Origin: Phyllobates terribilis
Taxonomy: Eukaryota
NCBI RefSeq assembly: GCF_046119375.1
Contig: NW_027362761.1
Location: 889,638,001 to 889,702,000 of the forward strand
DNA: 64,000 nucleotides
Reading direction: 5' to 3'
Position 1 is the first letter of the stretch. The number at the start of each line of letters is the position of its first letter. This document shows, piece after piece, positions 50,242 to 62,619 of the stretch. The translations under genes were made by a program, and so were the position numbers. A model generated the notes under the pieces. The model saw only the letters and a program-made list of their open reading frames with translations, did no database searches and was not told the DNA's origin.

Positions 50242-51430
50242 TATTGGCAAGGATTTGTGAGCATCAGAGAACAGTAATTGAATGCTAGCTACAACATGCC
50301 CATTTGTATTCCGTTCAGCCTCCGCACATAAGATCCGTAGAGTGGGCATGGATGTCTGACATCTGTGTGGTTCTCCAAAACTTTGAGAAATCAACAAGGT
50401 GGTGAGCAACGATGACACCATAATCAGCGTAACCATCTCACTTCTGTGTTTACTCAAACGCTCCCTGCTCACAATGAAAGAGGAATGCTGACCAGGTGGA
50501 GTTGAAGGAAGAAAATACACAGGGTGATACTATCCAGGCCAGCCTCATCTCATCTTCTCAGTGCGGATTGGGTAATAATGAGGAGAAGGAGGAGAAGGAA
50601 CAGGAGATGGTTGCCTGCACTGTAGAGGGTACTACCAACAACAGCTTCTCGTCTATTCAACGTGGATGGCCTGAAGAGTAGGAGCAGAAGGAGGAGGAGA
50701 AGGAGAGTCATGCTCCTCATGGGGAAAGAGAATTCTTGCCTGTTGGGAGTCTGACAGGCATGGTTGACTTAATGTACAGCGGCCTTTCCAGTGACACTCG
50801 TGTTATACACATTTTGACCAATACTGATTACTGGCTGTTCACTCTTCTCAACTCACGCTAAAAGAAGAACTTTTCATCTCTCCTACCTACTGTGGAGAGG
50901 GTCAGTAAAATGGTGCAATATCAGAAGGCCCTAGTTGAACAATTAGTCAAAAAATTTTCATCTGACAATTCTGGCTGCAGGAGTCAAAGTTCTTTGTGCA
51001 ACCAAGGAGTTGAGATGAGGGAGACACACTCCAGATCCAGCAGAGGCATGGTGAACTCTATCAAAGGTCTGGGACAATTTCATTAGACTATCCCAGCACC
51101 TATGCCCTGATGTGTGGGTGCTGGAAACGTTTTGGAAGATGGAGAAGGAGTACCTAGCCGACCCTACCAGCATCCTCCGTGATTCTTTTGTGCTGTACAA
51201 TTATTGGATATCCGAGCTGGATACCAAGCATGAACTGTCCCTCTACGCCTTTGAGGTGATTGCGTGCCCTACATCTAGGGTTTTGTGTAAGCGTGTCCTT
51301 AGTGCTGCCGGTTGCATAATTAGTAATAGGCGCTTCTGCCTGTCAACTGAAAATACTGACAGGCTGATTCCTATCAAAATGAACAAGGCCTGGATTGACC
51401 TAGACTTCTCAACCCCACCGGATGACAGCA
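50242..51430 (+). pseudogene. hAT transposase C-terminal half (right part of the outer element)
   Basis: RICEH.., ISVTISLLCLLKRSLL, DYWLFTLL, YWISELD..LYAFEVIACP..KMNKAW. Confidence 0.85.
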
Positions 51431-51665
51431 GCAGAACAAAAAGTCAGTTAAAGTGTTCCTTTTTTTCTGCTGTATTTCCATGCGCCACTTCCCACCCATA
51501 CAAGGGTATACGGTTCTTGTTTTCTAATTTTTCGTGTCCTCCTCTTCCACTACAGGGTCATAATTTGACCCTCGATCTTAATTTTTCCAGGGTGTGTATG
51601 ATACCCTAATACATAATTTTTTCAGGATGCGCATGAGGCCTACCTCTATAATTCTCTTACATATA

Positions 51666-53260
51666 CATTGAGGAAAATAAGTATTTGATACACTGCCAAT
51701 TTTGCAAGTTTTCTCATCTAGAATGGACAGGTCTGTAATTTTTATTGCAGATACACTTCAACTGTGAGAGACAGAATCTAAAAAAATCCAGAAAATCACA
51801 TTGTATGATTCTTACATAATGAAATTGCATTTTATTTCATGAAAAAAGTATTTGATCACCTACCAACCAACAAGAATTCTGGCTCTCACAGGCCTGTTAG
51901 TTTTTCTTTAAGAAGCCCTACTACTCTGTACTCATTATCTGTATTAATTGCTCCTGTTTGAACTCATTACCTGTATAAAAGGCACCTGTCCACACACTCA
52001 ATCAATCACACAACAACCTCTCCACCATGGCCAAGACCAAAGAGCTGCCTAACGACACCAGAGACAAAATTATAGACCTGCACAAAGCTGGAATGGGCTA
52101 CAGGACAGTAGACAAGAAACTTGTTAAGAAGGCAAAAATTGTTGGCGCAATTATTATAAAATGGAAGAAACACAAGATGACTGTCAATCTTCCTCGGTCT
52201 GGGGCTTCATGCAAGATCTCACCTCGTGGGGTAAGGATGATTCTGAGAAAGGTCAGGAATCAGCCCAGAACTGGAAGATGTGAGCAAAGACCTGAAGAGC
52301 GCTGGGACCACAGTCTCAAACATTACTGTTAGTAAAACACTCTTTCGTCATGGATTAAAATCCTGCAGGGCATGCAAGGTCCCCCTGCTCACGCCAGCAC
52401 ATGTCCAGGCCTGTTTAAAATTTGCCAATGACCATCTGGATGATCCAGAGGAGGCATGGGAGAAGTTCAAGTGGTCAGATGAGACCAAAATAGTACTTTT
52501 TGGTATCAACTCTACTCACAGTGTTTAGAGGAGGAAGAATGATGAGTACAACCCAAAGAACACCATCCCAACTGTGAAGCATGGTGGGGGAGGCATTATA
52601 CTTTTGAGGTGCTTTTCTGCAAAGGGGACAGGGCGACTGCATTATATTGAAGGGAGGATGGAGGATGGGGTCATGTATGGCGAGATTTTGGCAAACAACC
52701 TCCTTCCCTCAGTAAGAGCATTGAAGATGGGTCGTGGCTGGGTCTTCCAGCATTACAATGACCCGAAACACACAGCCAAAGCAACTAAGAAGTGGCTCCA
52801 TAAGAAGCATTTCAAGGTCCTGGAGTGGCCTAGCTAGTCTCCAGACCTGAATCCAATAGAAAATCTTTGGAGGAAGCTGAAACTCAATGTTGCTCAGCGA
52901 CAGCCCTGAAACCTGAAAGGTCTGATGAAGATGTGTTTGGAGGAGTGAGCCAAAATCCCTCCTGCAATGTGTGAAAACTTGGTCAAGAACTACAGGAAAT
53001 GTCTGACCTCTGTGATTGCAAACAAAGGCTTCAATACAAATATTAAGTTCTGTTTTTCTATTGTATCAAATGCTTATTTTGTGCAATAAAATGCAAATTA
53101 ATTATGTAAAAGTCATACAATGTGATTTTCTGGATTTTTTTTAAGATTTTGCCTCTCACAGTTGAAGTGTACCTACATTAAAAATTACAGACATCTCCAT
53201 TCTTAGTAGGTGAGAAAACTTGCAAAATCAGCAGTGTATCAAATACTTATTTCCCCTCTG
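51666..53260 (+). mobile_element. Full-length Tc1 element (about 1.6 kb, long TIRs), decayed ORF
   Basis: TA|CATTGAGGAAAATAAGTATTTGATACACTGC ... GCAGTGTATCAAATACTTATTTCCCCTCTG|TA; MAKTKEL.., [23 protein letters not shown]. Confidence 0.92.
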
Positions 53261-54995
53261 TATATATATGTATACCCCTCCAGGGGTAAATGTTTTAGCC
53301 CTTACACTTAGTGCATTGGCTTTACCTGTCTAGGAGTCCCACTCCTTCCAAATAGTAAAAAAAAATTTTCTGAGGCTCTACTCTGCATGTCTTACATGGT
53401 GTAATGGAGTGCCTCCTTCTAATTTTTGGAAGCTCTTGTACATAGTACATGTGCTTTACCACTCTAGGAGTACCACTCCTTTAATAATGGGGAAAAAATG
53501 TTTTCTGAGGCCCTCCTCTGCACATCTTCCAGGGGGTATTGCAGTCCCTCCTTCTAATTTTTGGCAGACCTTGCACTTAATGTATAGGCTTTACCAGTGT
53601 AGGAGTCCCACTCTTTATTAAATTGTCAAAAAATGTGTTCTGAGGCCCTCCTCTACATCTCTTCCAGGGTGTATGGATTAAAATCCTGCAGGGCATGCAA
53701 GGTCCCCCTGCTCACGCCAGCACATGTCCAGGCCTGTTTAAAATTTGCCAATGACCATCTGGATGATCCAGAGGAGGCATAGGAGAAGTTCAAGTGGTCA
53801 GATGAGACCAAAATAGTACTTTTTGGTATCAACTCTACTCACAGTGTTTAGAGGAGGAAGAATGATGAGTACAACCCAAAGAACACCATCCCAACTGTGA
53901 AGCATGGTGGGGGAGGCATTATACTTTTGAGGTGCTTTTCTGCAAAGGGGACAGGGCGACTGCATTATATTGAAGGGAGGATGGAGGATGGGGTCATGTA
54001 TGGCGAGATTTTGGCAAACAACCTCCTTCCCTCAGTAAGAGCATTGAAGATGGGTCGTGGCTGGGTCTTCCAGCATTACAATGACCCGAAACACACAGCC
54101 AAAGCAACTAAGAAGTGGCTCCATAAGAAGCATTTCAAGGTCCTGGAGTGGCCTAGCTAGTCTCCAGACCTGAATCCAATAGAAAATCTTTGGAGGAAGC
54201 TGAAACTCAATGTTGCTCAGCGACAGCCCTGAAACCTGAAAGGTCTGATGAAGATGTGTTTGGAGGAGTGAGCCAAAATCCCTCCTGCAGTGTGTGAAAA
54301 CTTGGTCAAGAACTACAGGAAATGTCTGACCTCTGTGATTGCAAACAAAGGCTTCAATACAAATATTAAGTTCTGTTTTTCTATTGTATCAAATGCTTAT
54401 TTTGTGCAATAAAATGCAAATTAATTATGTAAAAGTCATACAATGTGATTTTCTGGATTTTTTTTAAGATTTTGCCTCTCACAGTTGAAGTGTACCTACA
54501 TTAAAAATTACAGACATCTCCATTCTTAGTAGGTGAGAAAACTTGCAAAATCAGCAGTGTATCAAATACTTATTTCCCCTCTGTATATATATGTATACCC
54601 CTCCAGGGGTAAATGTTTTAGCCCTTACACTTAGTGCATTGGCTTTACCTGTCTAGGAGTCCCACTCCTTCCAAATAGTAAAAAAAAATTTTCTGAGGCT
54701 CTACTCTGCATGTCTTACATGGTGTAATGGAGTGCCTCCTTCTAATTTTTGGAAGCTCTTGTACATAGTACATGTGCTTTACCACTCTAGGAGTACCACT
54801 CCTTTAATAATGGGGAAAAAATGTTTTCTGAGGCCCTCCTCTGCACATCTTCCAGGGGGTATTGCAGTCCCTCCTTCTAATTTTTGGCAGACCTTGCACT
54901 TAATGTATAGGCTTTACCAGTGTAGGAGTCCCACTCTTTATTAAATTGTCAAAAAATGTGTTCTGAGGCCCTCCTCTACATCTCTTCCAGGGTGT
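52350..54995. repeat. 1323-bp tandem duplication (52350-53672 / 53673-54995)
   Basis: Identical ORF pairs are offset by 1323. Only two differences were noticed by eye. AT microhomology at the junction. Confidence 0.95.
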
Positions 54996-55760
54996 ATTGC
55001 AATCCCTTCTTTACATTTTTGCTAGGCCTTGCACCATGTGCATAGGCATTAGCAGTGTAGGAGTCCCACTGCTTTTAAAATTCTCTCTCTGGACATGAAT
55101 CTCAGAGAAAATAGCCATGGACAGTGACTCACTACACACTTCCTGCGCACGTAAGTCCTCCTCTTCCAGGGTCAGTCTGCTGATGCTGCCAGTCACTCTC
55201 TTCAACTGAACTGCTCTCACCCTCTGCTCTTCACTAGTTACATTGAATATGGCCTTCTCCATCCCATCATTGTTGTGAGATATTTCTTCAATTTTTATTA
55301 CAGCAATGGTGGTAAGATGTTCACTTCCCACATAATTTTCACTCAGCACATCAACAACTTTAGTTTCATTCAAGTCATATTCTTGCTTTTTCCCATCTTG
55401 TTCTATTTCTCTTTGTCTCTTGTCGGTGTCATCTGATGGAAATGAAAGTTCCTTCTGGTCACATAAATCTCTTGCACAGTCCACAACATGATAGCTTCTT
55501 TCCATGAATTCATTGACAAATTTTGTCTCTTTGTACAATCTTTTCTTAAGGCTTTGAACTTGGTGCATAGGCTTTACCAGTATAGGAGTCCCACTGTTTT
55601 AAAAATTCTTAAAAAATTTATTCTGAAGCGATCCTCTACCTGTCTTCCAGGGTGTATTGCAGTCCTTCCTTCTAATTTTTGGCAGCTCTTGCACTTGGTG
55701 CATATACTTTATGATTCTAGGAGTCCCACTACCTAACAATTTTAGGAGAATGTTTATGAG
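53265..55760. repeat. Degenerate ~134-bp array in the 3' arm of the outer hAT (interrupted)
   Basis: GGAGT(C/A)CCACT anchor at 53333, 53467 and 53602, with further units up to about 55740. Confidence 0.8.
55078..55545 (-). other. Unassigned E/K/D-rich open frame inserted between array units
   Basis: About 155 uninterrupted codons in AT-rich DNA that does not resemble the flanking repeat. No family recognised. Confidence 0.4.
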
Positions 55761-55984
55761 GCAAATGAATGCAATGAGAGAATGCAAAAATGGATCAAAA
55801 ACGCTATTTGTGAACATAGCCTAAGTGGTTGAGGAGGCATTTTTTTTGCTCTCTTTTTTTAAAATTTGTCTTATATGCATGTAATTATAAAGGAAATAAT
55901 GTTTCCTAACATATTTTTCTGTAAAATCCATTTTATCTTTGGTTTTGAATGTTCTATCGTCACTCCATAAAAGTGGCGCAATAC

Positions 55985-57066
55985 TGTAAGGTGCCCCAGC
56001 GAGGTAGTCGTGGGCGAGCTGTAGCCCCCTCTCGCTATGGCACCCTACAGACAATACGTGTCCTCCCTCTGAAGTGTGGCTGTGTATGTAGTGCTCTTCA
56101 CTTACTTCAAGCCATCCGATCGCGGCTGTCTCCAGGCAATTTTCTTCTGGGACCAGGGCAGCAATAATTTCAGAGGACACGAGGTTCTTAACCAGAACTT
56201 GGACTTTACTTGGGGAAGAGGAGTATATACAATATTTACAGTCAGATATAATGGATAAGGCCCGACAGGCAATCATCTCTCTCACATGCGCTGTTAACTG
56301 CTTCAGCCCTGGTTCCCTCTTTAAGCGGAGCATCTCTGTGGCTATAATCCCTGGCCCAAGAGAGTCCTCTGTATTGACAGTGACCTGGATCTGATATCTC
56401 TCCCCCACGTCTTAGCCTGGAGTCCTATTTAGCTTCCTCTGCTTCCTGCAGACTAGAAGTGCACCGTGTCCTCAGTACGCTTTGATGAGTTTCTCCGGTG
56501 GGCTGACAGGACTCGTGCTCTTGTGTGGGGAGACTTGCACTGGGATCCCACTGTCTGAGGGTGCGGAGCTCCTGTCTACCCTAGCAGCCACTATAATCAG
56601 GCTGTCTGAACAACTTGCAGTCTCAACTCGTACTGAAGAATCACTTCCTGATTCTGGAAACTAAACAGAGACTTTCCTAATATGCCCACCCTCAGTGAGC
56701 TGTCATCACAGAACTTTAACCCATCACTGTTTATAACTTTGCTGGCAGACTCAACCTGACATCTGCACCCAGTACAGTGGCATCTTGTGGCTGTTTTCAG
56801 GTACTGCAGCCCAGAAGGAATTATACCAGGAACAAGCTTTATATCTCTCTAGACTTGATAAGGGCACTAAGTTCCCCCTCTACTCTACTAACTGGACCAC
56901 TAAAGCTAACCCCCTTAGCTTGGTCTACCACAGAGAGGGAGGTCTGACCTCAGGGACACTTCCTTTAACTATCTCAGTACCAAGGGAAGGCTACGCCCTT
57001 CCCCACTATTACAATACTCTGACAACATTGTTCCCAGTAGCAACCTGCGAGTCAGAGTTGTATACA
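55985..57066. mobile_element. Possible LTR-like insertion
   Basis: Begins TGTAAGGTGCCCC and is compositionally distinct from its flanks. No TSD or matching end confirmed. Confidence 0.3.
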
Positions 57067-57188
57067 GGCATCTTCCTCATGTTGTTCTTATTCTATTTGA
57101 ATCATAGAATCATAGAATCATAGAATGGTAGAGTTGGAAGGGACCTCCTGGGTCATCTGGTCCAACCCCCTGCTCAAAGCAGGATTCA

Positions 57189-59978
57189 CTAGATCATCTC
57201 AGACAGATGTCTGTCCAGCCTCTGTTTGAAGACGTCTATTGAAGGGGAACTCACCACCTCTAGTGGCAGCCTGTTCCACTCATTAATCACCCTAACTGTC
57301 AAAAAGTTTTTTCTAATATCTAATCTGTGTCTCCTCCCATTTAGTTTCATCCCATTGCTTCTAGTCTTTCCTTGTGCAAATGAGAATAAAGATGATCCTT
57401 CTACAATGTGACAGCCCTTGACATATTTGTAGACAGCTATTAAGTCTCCTCTCAGTCTTCTTTTTTGCAAGCTAAACATTCCCAAATCCTGCAACCGTTC
57501 CTCATAGGACATGGTTTGCAGACCAGTCATCATTCTGGTCGCTCTTCTCTGAACTTGCTCCAGTTTGTCTATGTCTTTTTTAAAATGTGGTGCCCAAAAC
57601 TGTACACAGTATTCCAGATGAGGTCTGACCAAAGAGGAGTAAAGACCGATAATGACTTCACGTGATCTAGACTGTATGCTTCTGTTAATACATCCCAGAA
57701 TTGTATTTGCCTTTTTTGCTGCTGCATCACACTGTTGACTCATGTTCAGTCTATGATCTATTAGTATACCTAAGTCTTTTTCACATGTACTGTTGCTTAG
57801 CTCTATTCCTCCCATTCTGTATATGCTTTTTTCATTTTTATTGCCCAGATGTAGTACTTTGCATTTTTCCCTGTTAAAAACCATTCTGTTGGTTGCTGCC
57901 CACTGCTCCAGTTTATTTAGGTCTTTTTGAATCCTCTCTCTCTCTTCTCTAGTATTAGCTATACCTCCTAGCTTTGTGTCATCAGCAAATTTAATCAGTT
58001 TACCCTCAATTCCTTCATCTAAATCATTGATAAAGATGTTGAACAATACAGGTCCCAGGACGGAGCCCTGTGGTACCCCAATTGAGACATTCATCCAGCT
58101 GGATGTGAAGCCATTTACAACCACCCTTTGAGTCCGATCACTAAGCCAGTTATGAATCCACCTAACAGTTGCCTGGTCCATTGCATACTTGGTCATTTTT
58201 TCAATAAGGATGGTGTGAGATACTTTGTCAAATGCTTTGCTGAAGTCAAGATATACTATATCTACAGCATTTCCCTGATCTACCCAGTCAGTGGTTATGT
58301 CATAGAAGGAAATTAAGTTAGTCTGACATGACTTGTTAGTTACAAACCCTTGCTGACTCTGGTTAATCACTTCATTCTTATCCATGTACTTACATACATG
58401 TTGTTTAATAATTTGTTCAAAGATCTTTCCTGGTATAGAAGTCAGACTCACCGGCCTATAGTTCCCTGGGTCCACCTTCTTCCCCTTTTTGAAGATAGGA
58501 ACAACATTTGCTCTTCTCCGGTCTTCTGGGACTTCTCCTGTTATCCAAGAATTTTCAAAGATTATGGAGAGTGGTTCTAAAATTTCTTCTACGATCTCCT
58601 TCAGTACTCTGGGGTGTAATTCATCTGGACCTGGAGACTTGAACTCATTTATGTTAACTAAATATTCCCTCACAATCTTTCTGTTTACAGATAACTTGGA
58701 TTCCTCTATTCCTTTAAAAGGACAGTGAAGATCAGTTGATGTTACATTTTCTTTCTGAGAGAAAACAGATGCAAAATAGGAATTAAAAAGTTTGGCCTTC
58801 TCAACACCCTCTCTTACCATTTCTCCATTTTCATCCTGTAAAAATCCTATAGCATCTTTGACTTTTCTTTTACTTTTGACATACCCCCAAAATCCTTTTT
58901 TATTGCTTTTGACATCTCTTGCAAGCCTTAATTCATTGTCAGCTTTAGCTAACCTGATACGTGCCCTGCAGGATCTGCAGACTGCACTATAATCTTCTTT
59001 AGATATGCCTCCCTCTTTCCATTTAATAAACATTTCTTTCTTTCTTTTTAGCATGTGTTCAAGTTCTGTGTTCATCCATCCTGGTTTCCTTAAATGCTAC
59101 CCATTCTTCCTACTTTTCGGGATTGTTAACGATTGTGCTTTGAGAATCTCATTTTTAAAAATTTTCCATCCTTCCTGGACATTTTTGTCCTTAAGGACAT
59201 CCAGCCATTGGATCCCTCCTATTCTCTTTCTGAGTCTCTTAAAATCTGCCTTTCTAAAATCTAACCTTGAAGTTTGAGTCTTCACATGTCTTCCTCCTCT
59301 AGTTATCCAAAATTCTATAATAGCATGATCGCTGCCTCCTAGGGTCCCAGCCACCTTTACCTCCTCAACCATTTCCTCCCTGTTTATAAGGATTAGATCC
59401 AAAGTAGCAGATCCCCTTGTTTTCTCCCCTACCTTTTGGAAGATAAAGTTGTCAGCAAGAGAGGATAAGAATTTGCTTGACCTGTTAGTTTTACTTGAGA
59501 GAGATTCCCAACAAATGTCTGGATAGTTGAAATCTCCCATGACCACTACGTCATATTTTTTGGAGAACCTGGTGATTTGATACATAAAGAGTTCATCCAT
59601 ATCTTCAGCTTGCCCAGGTGGCCTGTAGTAAATGCCTACAATGGTGTCCTTTCCGTTGTTCTCTCCTTGTATTCTTACCCAAACAGTTTCCACAGAACTC
59701 CCAGTCTCTGAAGCTTCAATCTCTGTGCAGATATTCGCTTTTCTAACATACAATGCAACACCTCCTCCTCGTTTATCAAGTCTGTTTCTTGCAAATAAGT
59801 TGTATCCTTTTAGCCTTTTATTCCAATCATGTGTATCATCCCACCAAGTTTCAGTGATTCCAATGACATCATATTCCTTTTCCTGCATTAGTAGTTCCAA
59901 TTCTCCTTGTTTGTTGCCCATGCTTTGTGCATTTGTATAAAAACATTTTAGTTTGTGATTGGTTTCTCTTCCTCCCAT
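57189..59978 (-). pseudogene. CR1 ORF2 (APE endonuclease + RT) with one in-frame TAG at 59097-59099
   Basis: YTNAQS..ETWW..GDFN..SDH; YRPVSL, DFSKAFD, PQGS, FADD. The two ORFs are in frame, seven codons apart. Confidence 0.93.
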
Positions 59979-60100
59979 ATTTTTATTATTTAAATTGTTT
60001 TGTCTTTGTTCTTCCTTTCCACTTCCAGTAGCAGAGATCTCAATAGTATTTGTCAGCTGTATGGCTTTTTCTGGCCTTTTGCTTCCCTTCCCACATTGTT

Positions 60101-61063
60101 CTAGTTTAAAGCTCTTCTGATGAGTGTAGCAAGGCGACTTCCAAATACATGTTTTCCAGTCTTCGTAAGGTGCACCCCATCTCTAGCAAGTAGTCCATCG
60201 TATAGGTAATTCATTCCGTGATCCAGAAATCCAAATCCTTGTTGACGGCACCATCGACGTAGCCAGTTGTTCACCTGTAGAATCTTATTCCACCTCATTG
60301 TTCCATGGCCATCCACTGGGAGGATGGATGAGAAGACCACCTGCGCTCCCAATTCTTTCACTTTCTTGCCTAAGTCTTCAAAGTCACTGCAGATGGTTTC
60401 CAGGTCCTTTCTTGCGGTGTCATTTGTCCCCACATGTATTAGCAGGAATGGGTAGTGATCTGTAGGTCTGAAGAGTCTTGATATCCTGTCAGACACATCT
60501 TTAATTTTTGCTCCTGGAAGACAGCACATTTCTCTTGAGGTTATGTCTGGTCTGCAGATAGCGGCCTCTGTTCCTCTTAACAGGGAATCCCCCATGACCA
60601 CCACTCTCCGTTTTTTCTTCACAACATTCTTCTTTCTCCATCCAGGAGGATTCTGAGGGCTTACAAGGTTATTCATTGCTGGCAAAGTCTTATTTTGCTG
60701 TATTTCTTCATGGTTCTCCTGCGTGAGAGCCTGGTTCTGGTTCCTGAGCAGTATGGGTGCTGACTGCCTCTCGATCCTCCTGCTTCTGTGGGTCACATGC
60801 TTCCATTCCTCTGTTTCGTCAGGTGCAGTTCGAATTTCTTCTCTTTCTGAATCATGAAGAGATAATTCTGCTCTGTCTAAGAACTCTTCACCTTCCTTAA
60901 TGATTTTCAAGGTAGTTAACCTCTCTTCTAGATTTCGCAACTTTTCCTCCAACAGGGACACAAGCTTGCATTTCTGGCATGTGAAGTTTGGCTTTTCCAC
61001 TGGCAAGTCTGTGAACATGTAGCAGGATATGCAGCTCACCAAATGGCTCCTGTACTCTTCCAT
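60101..61063 (-). CDS. CR1 ORF1p (Cys-rich N-terminus, coiled coil, SGNH esterase), intact, 320 aa
   Basis: CISC..CQKC, GDSLLRG, HVGTND, DGVHL. Confidence 0.92.
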   Translation of the reverse strand: MEEYRSHLVSCISCYMFTDLPVEKPNFTCQKCKLVSLLEEKLRNLEERLTTLKIIKEGEEFLDRAELSLHDSEREEIRTAPDETEEWKHVTHRSRRIERQSAPILLRNQNQALTQENHEEIQQNKTLPAMNNLVSPQNPPGWRKKNVVKKKRRVVVMGDSLLRGTEAAICRPDITSREMCCLPGAKIKDVSDRISRLFRPTDHYPFLLIHVGTNDTARKDLETICSDFEDLGKKVKELGAQVVFSSILPVDGHGTMRWNKILQVNNWLRRWCRQQGFGFLDHGMNYLYDGLLARDGVHLTKTGKHVFGSRLATLIRRALN

Positions 61064-61121
61064 GTTCTTATTGTTAATGTTCTGAAAACAGTGAAAAAAG
61101 CTTAAAAAAAAGCTTCAAAAT

Positions 61122-61428
61122 GAATATGCAAATTATCTCCTCAGGACTCCTCCCCTGGTTTACCAATGTCCTCTTTTCAGCTCCAACAGCCAAAATCCAG
61201 TGTTCTTTGAGCTCGCGGAGACTCTTCACTTACCCCAAAATGCAGTGGGAATATGCAAATTATCTCCTCAGGACTCCTCCCCTGGTTTACCGATGTCCTC
61301 TTTTCAGCTCCAACAGCCAAAATCCAGTGTTCTTTGAGCTCGCGGAGACTCTTCACTTACCCCAAAATGCAGTGGGAATATGCAAATTATCTCCTCAGGA
61401 CTCCTCCCCTGGTTTACCGATGTCCTTG
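61122..61428. repeat. 127-bp 5' UTR monomers (about 2.4 copies) of the CR1
   Basis: GAATATGCAAAT anchor at 61122, 61249 and 61376. Confidence 0.92.
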
Positions 61429-61619
61429 AGTGCTGTTTACATCCATTTCAGCTATTTTCCTGCCCCCCAGCCTCCGGGTAGGGTCTGTTGGAAAAATGCT
61501 TGCGTTTCCCATTGACTTCCAATATACTCGTTACTCCAAGCGAGTGTGAGTGTCCGCCCTGCTCGATTCGAGTACAAAGCACTTGAGCATTTTAGTGCTC
61601 GCTCATCACTATACATCAT

Positions 61620-62050
61620 TCTTACTTCCTTTGGAAATCAGATGTTCAGCAGTGCCATCAGCTCAGAACTGATAGCAACCACTTGGACTTAACTATACTT
61701 ATCTACTGTTCGGGGAAGTTTGACCAGAAGTGATCTTCATGGAAGAATTGTGGCACCAAAAACCCATATTTTCCACATGGAAACAAAGCTAATTGACTCA
61801 TCTAAGCATGAAAACATACCAATGTGCAGAAAAATGGCAGCAGGTGATCTGGACTAATGAGATAAAATTTGAAATAGTTTGCTTTAAAAGAAATCTGTTT
61901 ATTTGCCAAAGGGCTCGTGCGCAGTACAGCAATGAGTTTCCACAGTGGAGGCTCCTTAGGCATTTGGTCAGATTAATGGTGTCCTCAATGATGAGAAATA
62001 CAAGCAGATACTTATCTATCATGTTGTACAATCTGGGAGGCATCAAATGT
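61620..62050 (+). mobile_element. Tc1 transposase fragment, right part of the element split at 5189
   Basis: ILTSFGNQMFSSAISSEL..STVRGSL..HGR, then EKWQQVIWTNEIKFE. Confidence 0.85.
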
Positions 62051-62353
62051 ATTCAGTAACAGGGTGGTCATACCAACTGATTAAGATTTTACTTTAGTTC
62101 CCAAACTTTGCATTTTTTTTAAATTGACAAAAATAAACGTAACGTTTCTATTTGTAAATATCTTCTTACTTTTCAACATCCTTTGCCAAAAAACTTTTGC
62201 ACAATACTGTGCATATACATTTATATTTTGCACAGTACTGTGTAAGTATGTGTATAAAAATCTTATATACGGTATTTATAGTTACTGTAGTGATGAATAT
62301 TAATATATAAGATCTGTATATAGATATACTGTACAGTGTGTGGTTATATACAT

Positions 62354-62357
<4 letters not shown>

Positions 62358-62401
<44 letters not shown>

Positions 62402-62468
62402 TGGTGGCCAAAAGTATTGGCACCCCTGCAATTCTGTCAGATAATACTCAGTTTCTTCCTGAAAACTG
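62358..62468 (+). mobile_element. (TA)n microsatellite followed by a Tc1 left terminus stub
   Basis: About 20 TA units, then CAGTGGTGGCCAAAAGTATTGGCACCCCTG at 62399. Confidence 0.7.
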
Positions 62469-62619
62469 TTCGCCAATCTCAAATTCGAGCAGTTTTGGGC
62501 GGTGGTCGAGTTGTTGGGTGGTGGTTGTGGCATTACAGTGATTGCCCAAATCGATGGGAACAGTGCTCACAGCGAAACACGAAAAGCCGGCAACTCAGCA
62601 GCGACATACACCTGTACCC

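Larger units (their letters stand above)
57099..61428 (-). mobile_element. Essentially full-length CR1 LINE
   Basis: (ATTCTATG)n-type octamer tail at 57099-57128, ORF1, ORF2 and a repeated 5' UTR. Confidence 0.95.

Noticed and set aside
55821-56408. 195-aa ORF as a gene
   Set aside because: No recognisable motifs, and it runs across a junction from LTR-like sequence into hAT subterminal DNA.
57080-61450. TSD for the CR1
   Set aside because: The flanks show no duplication, so the exact 5' boundary is uncertain.
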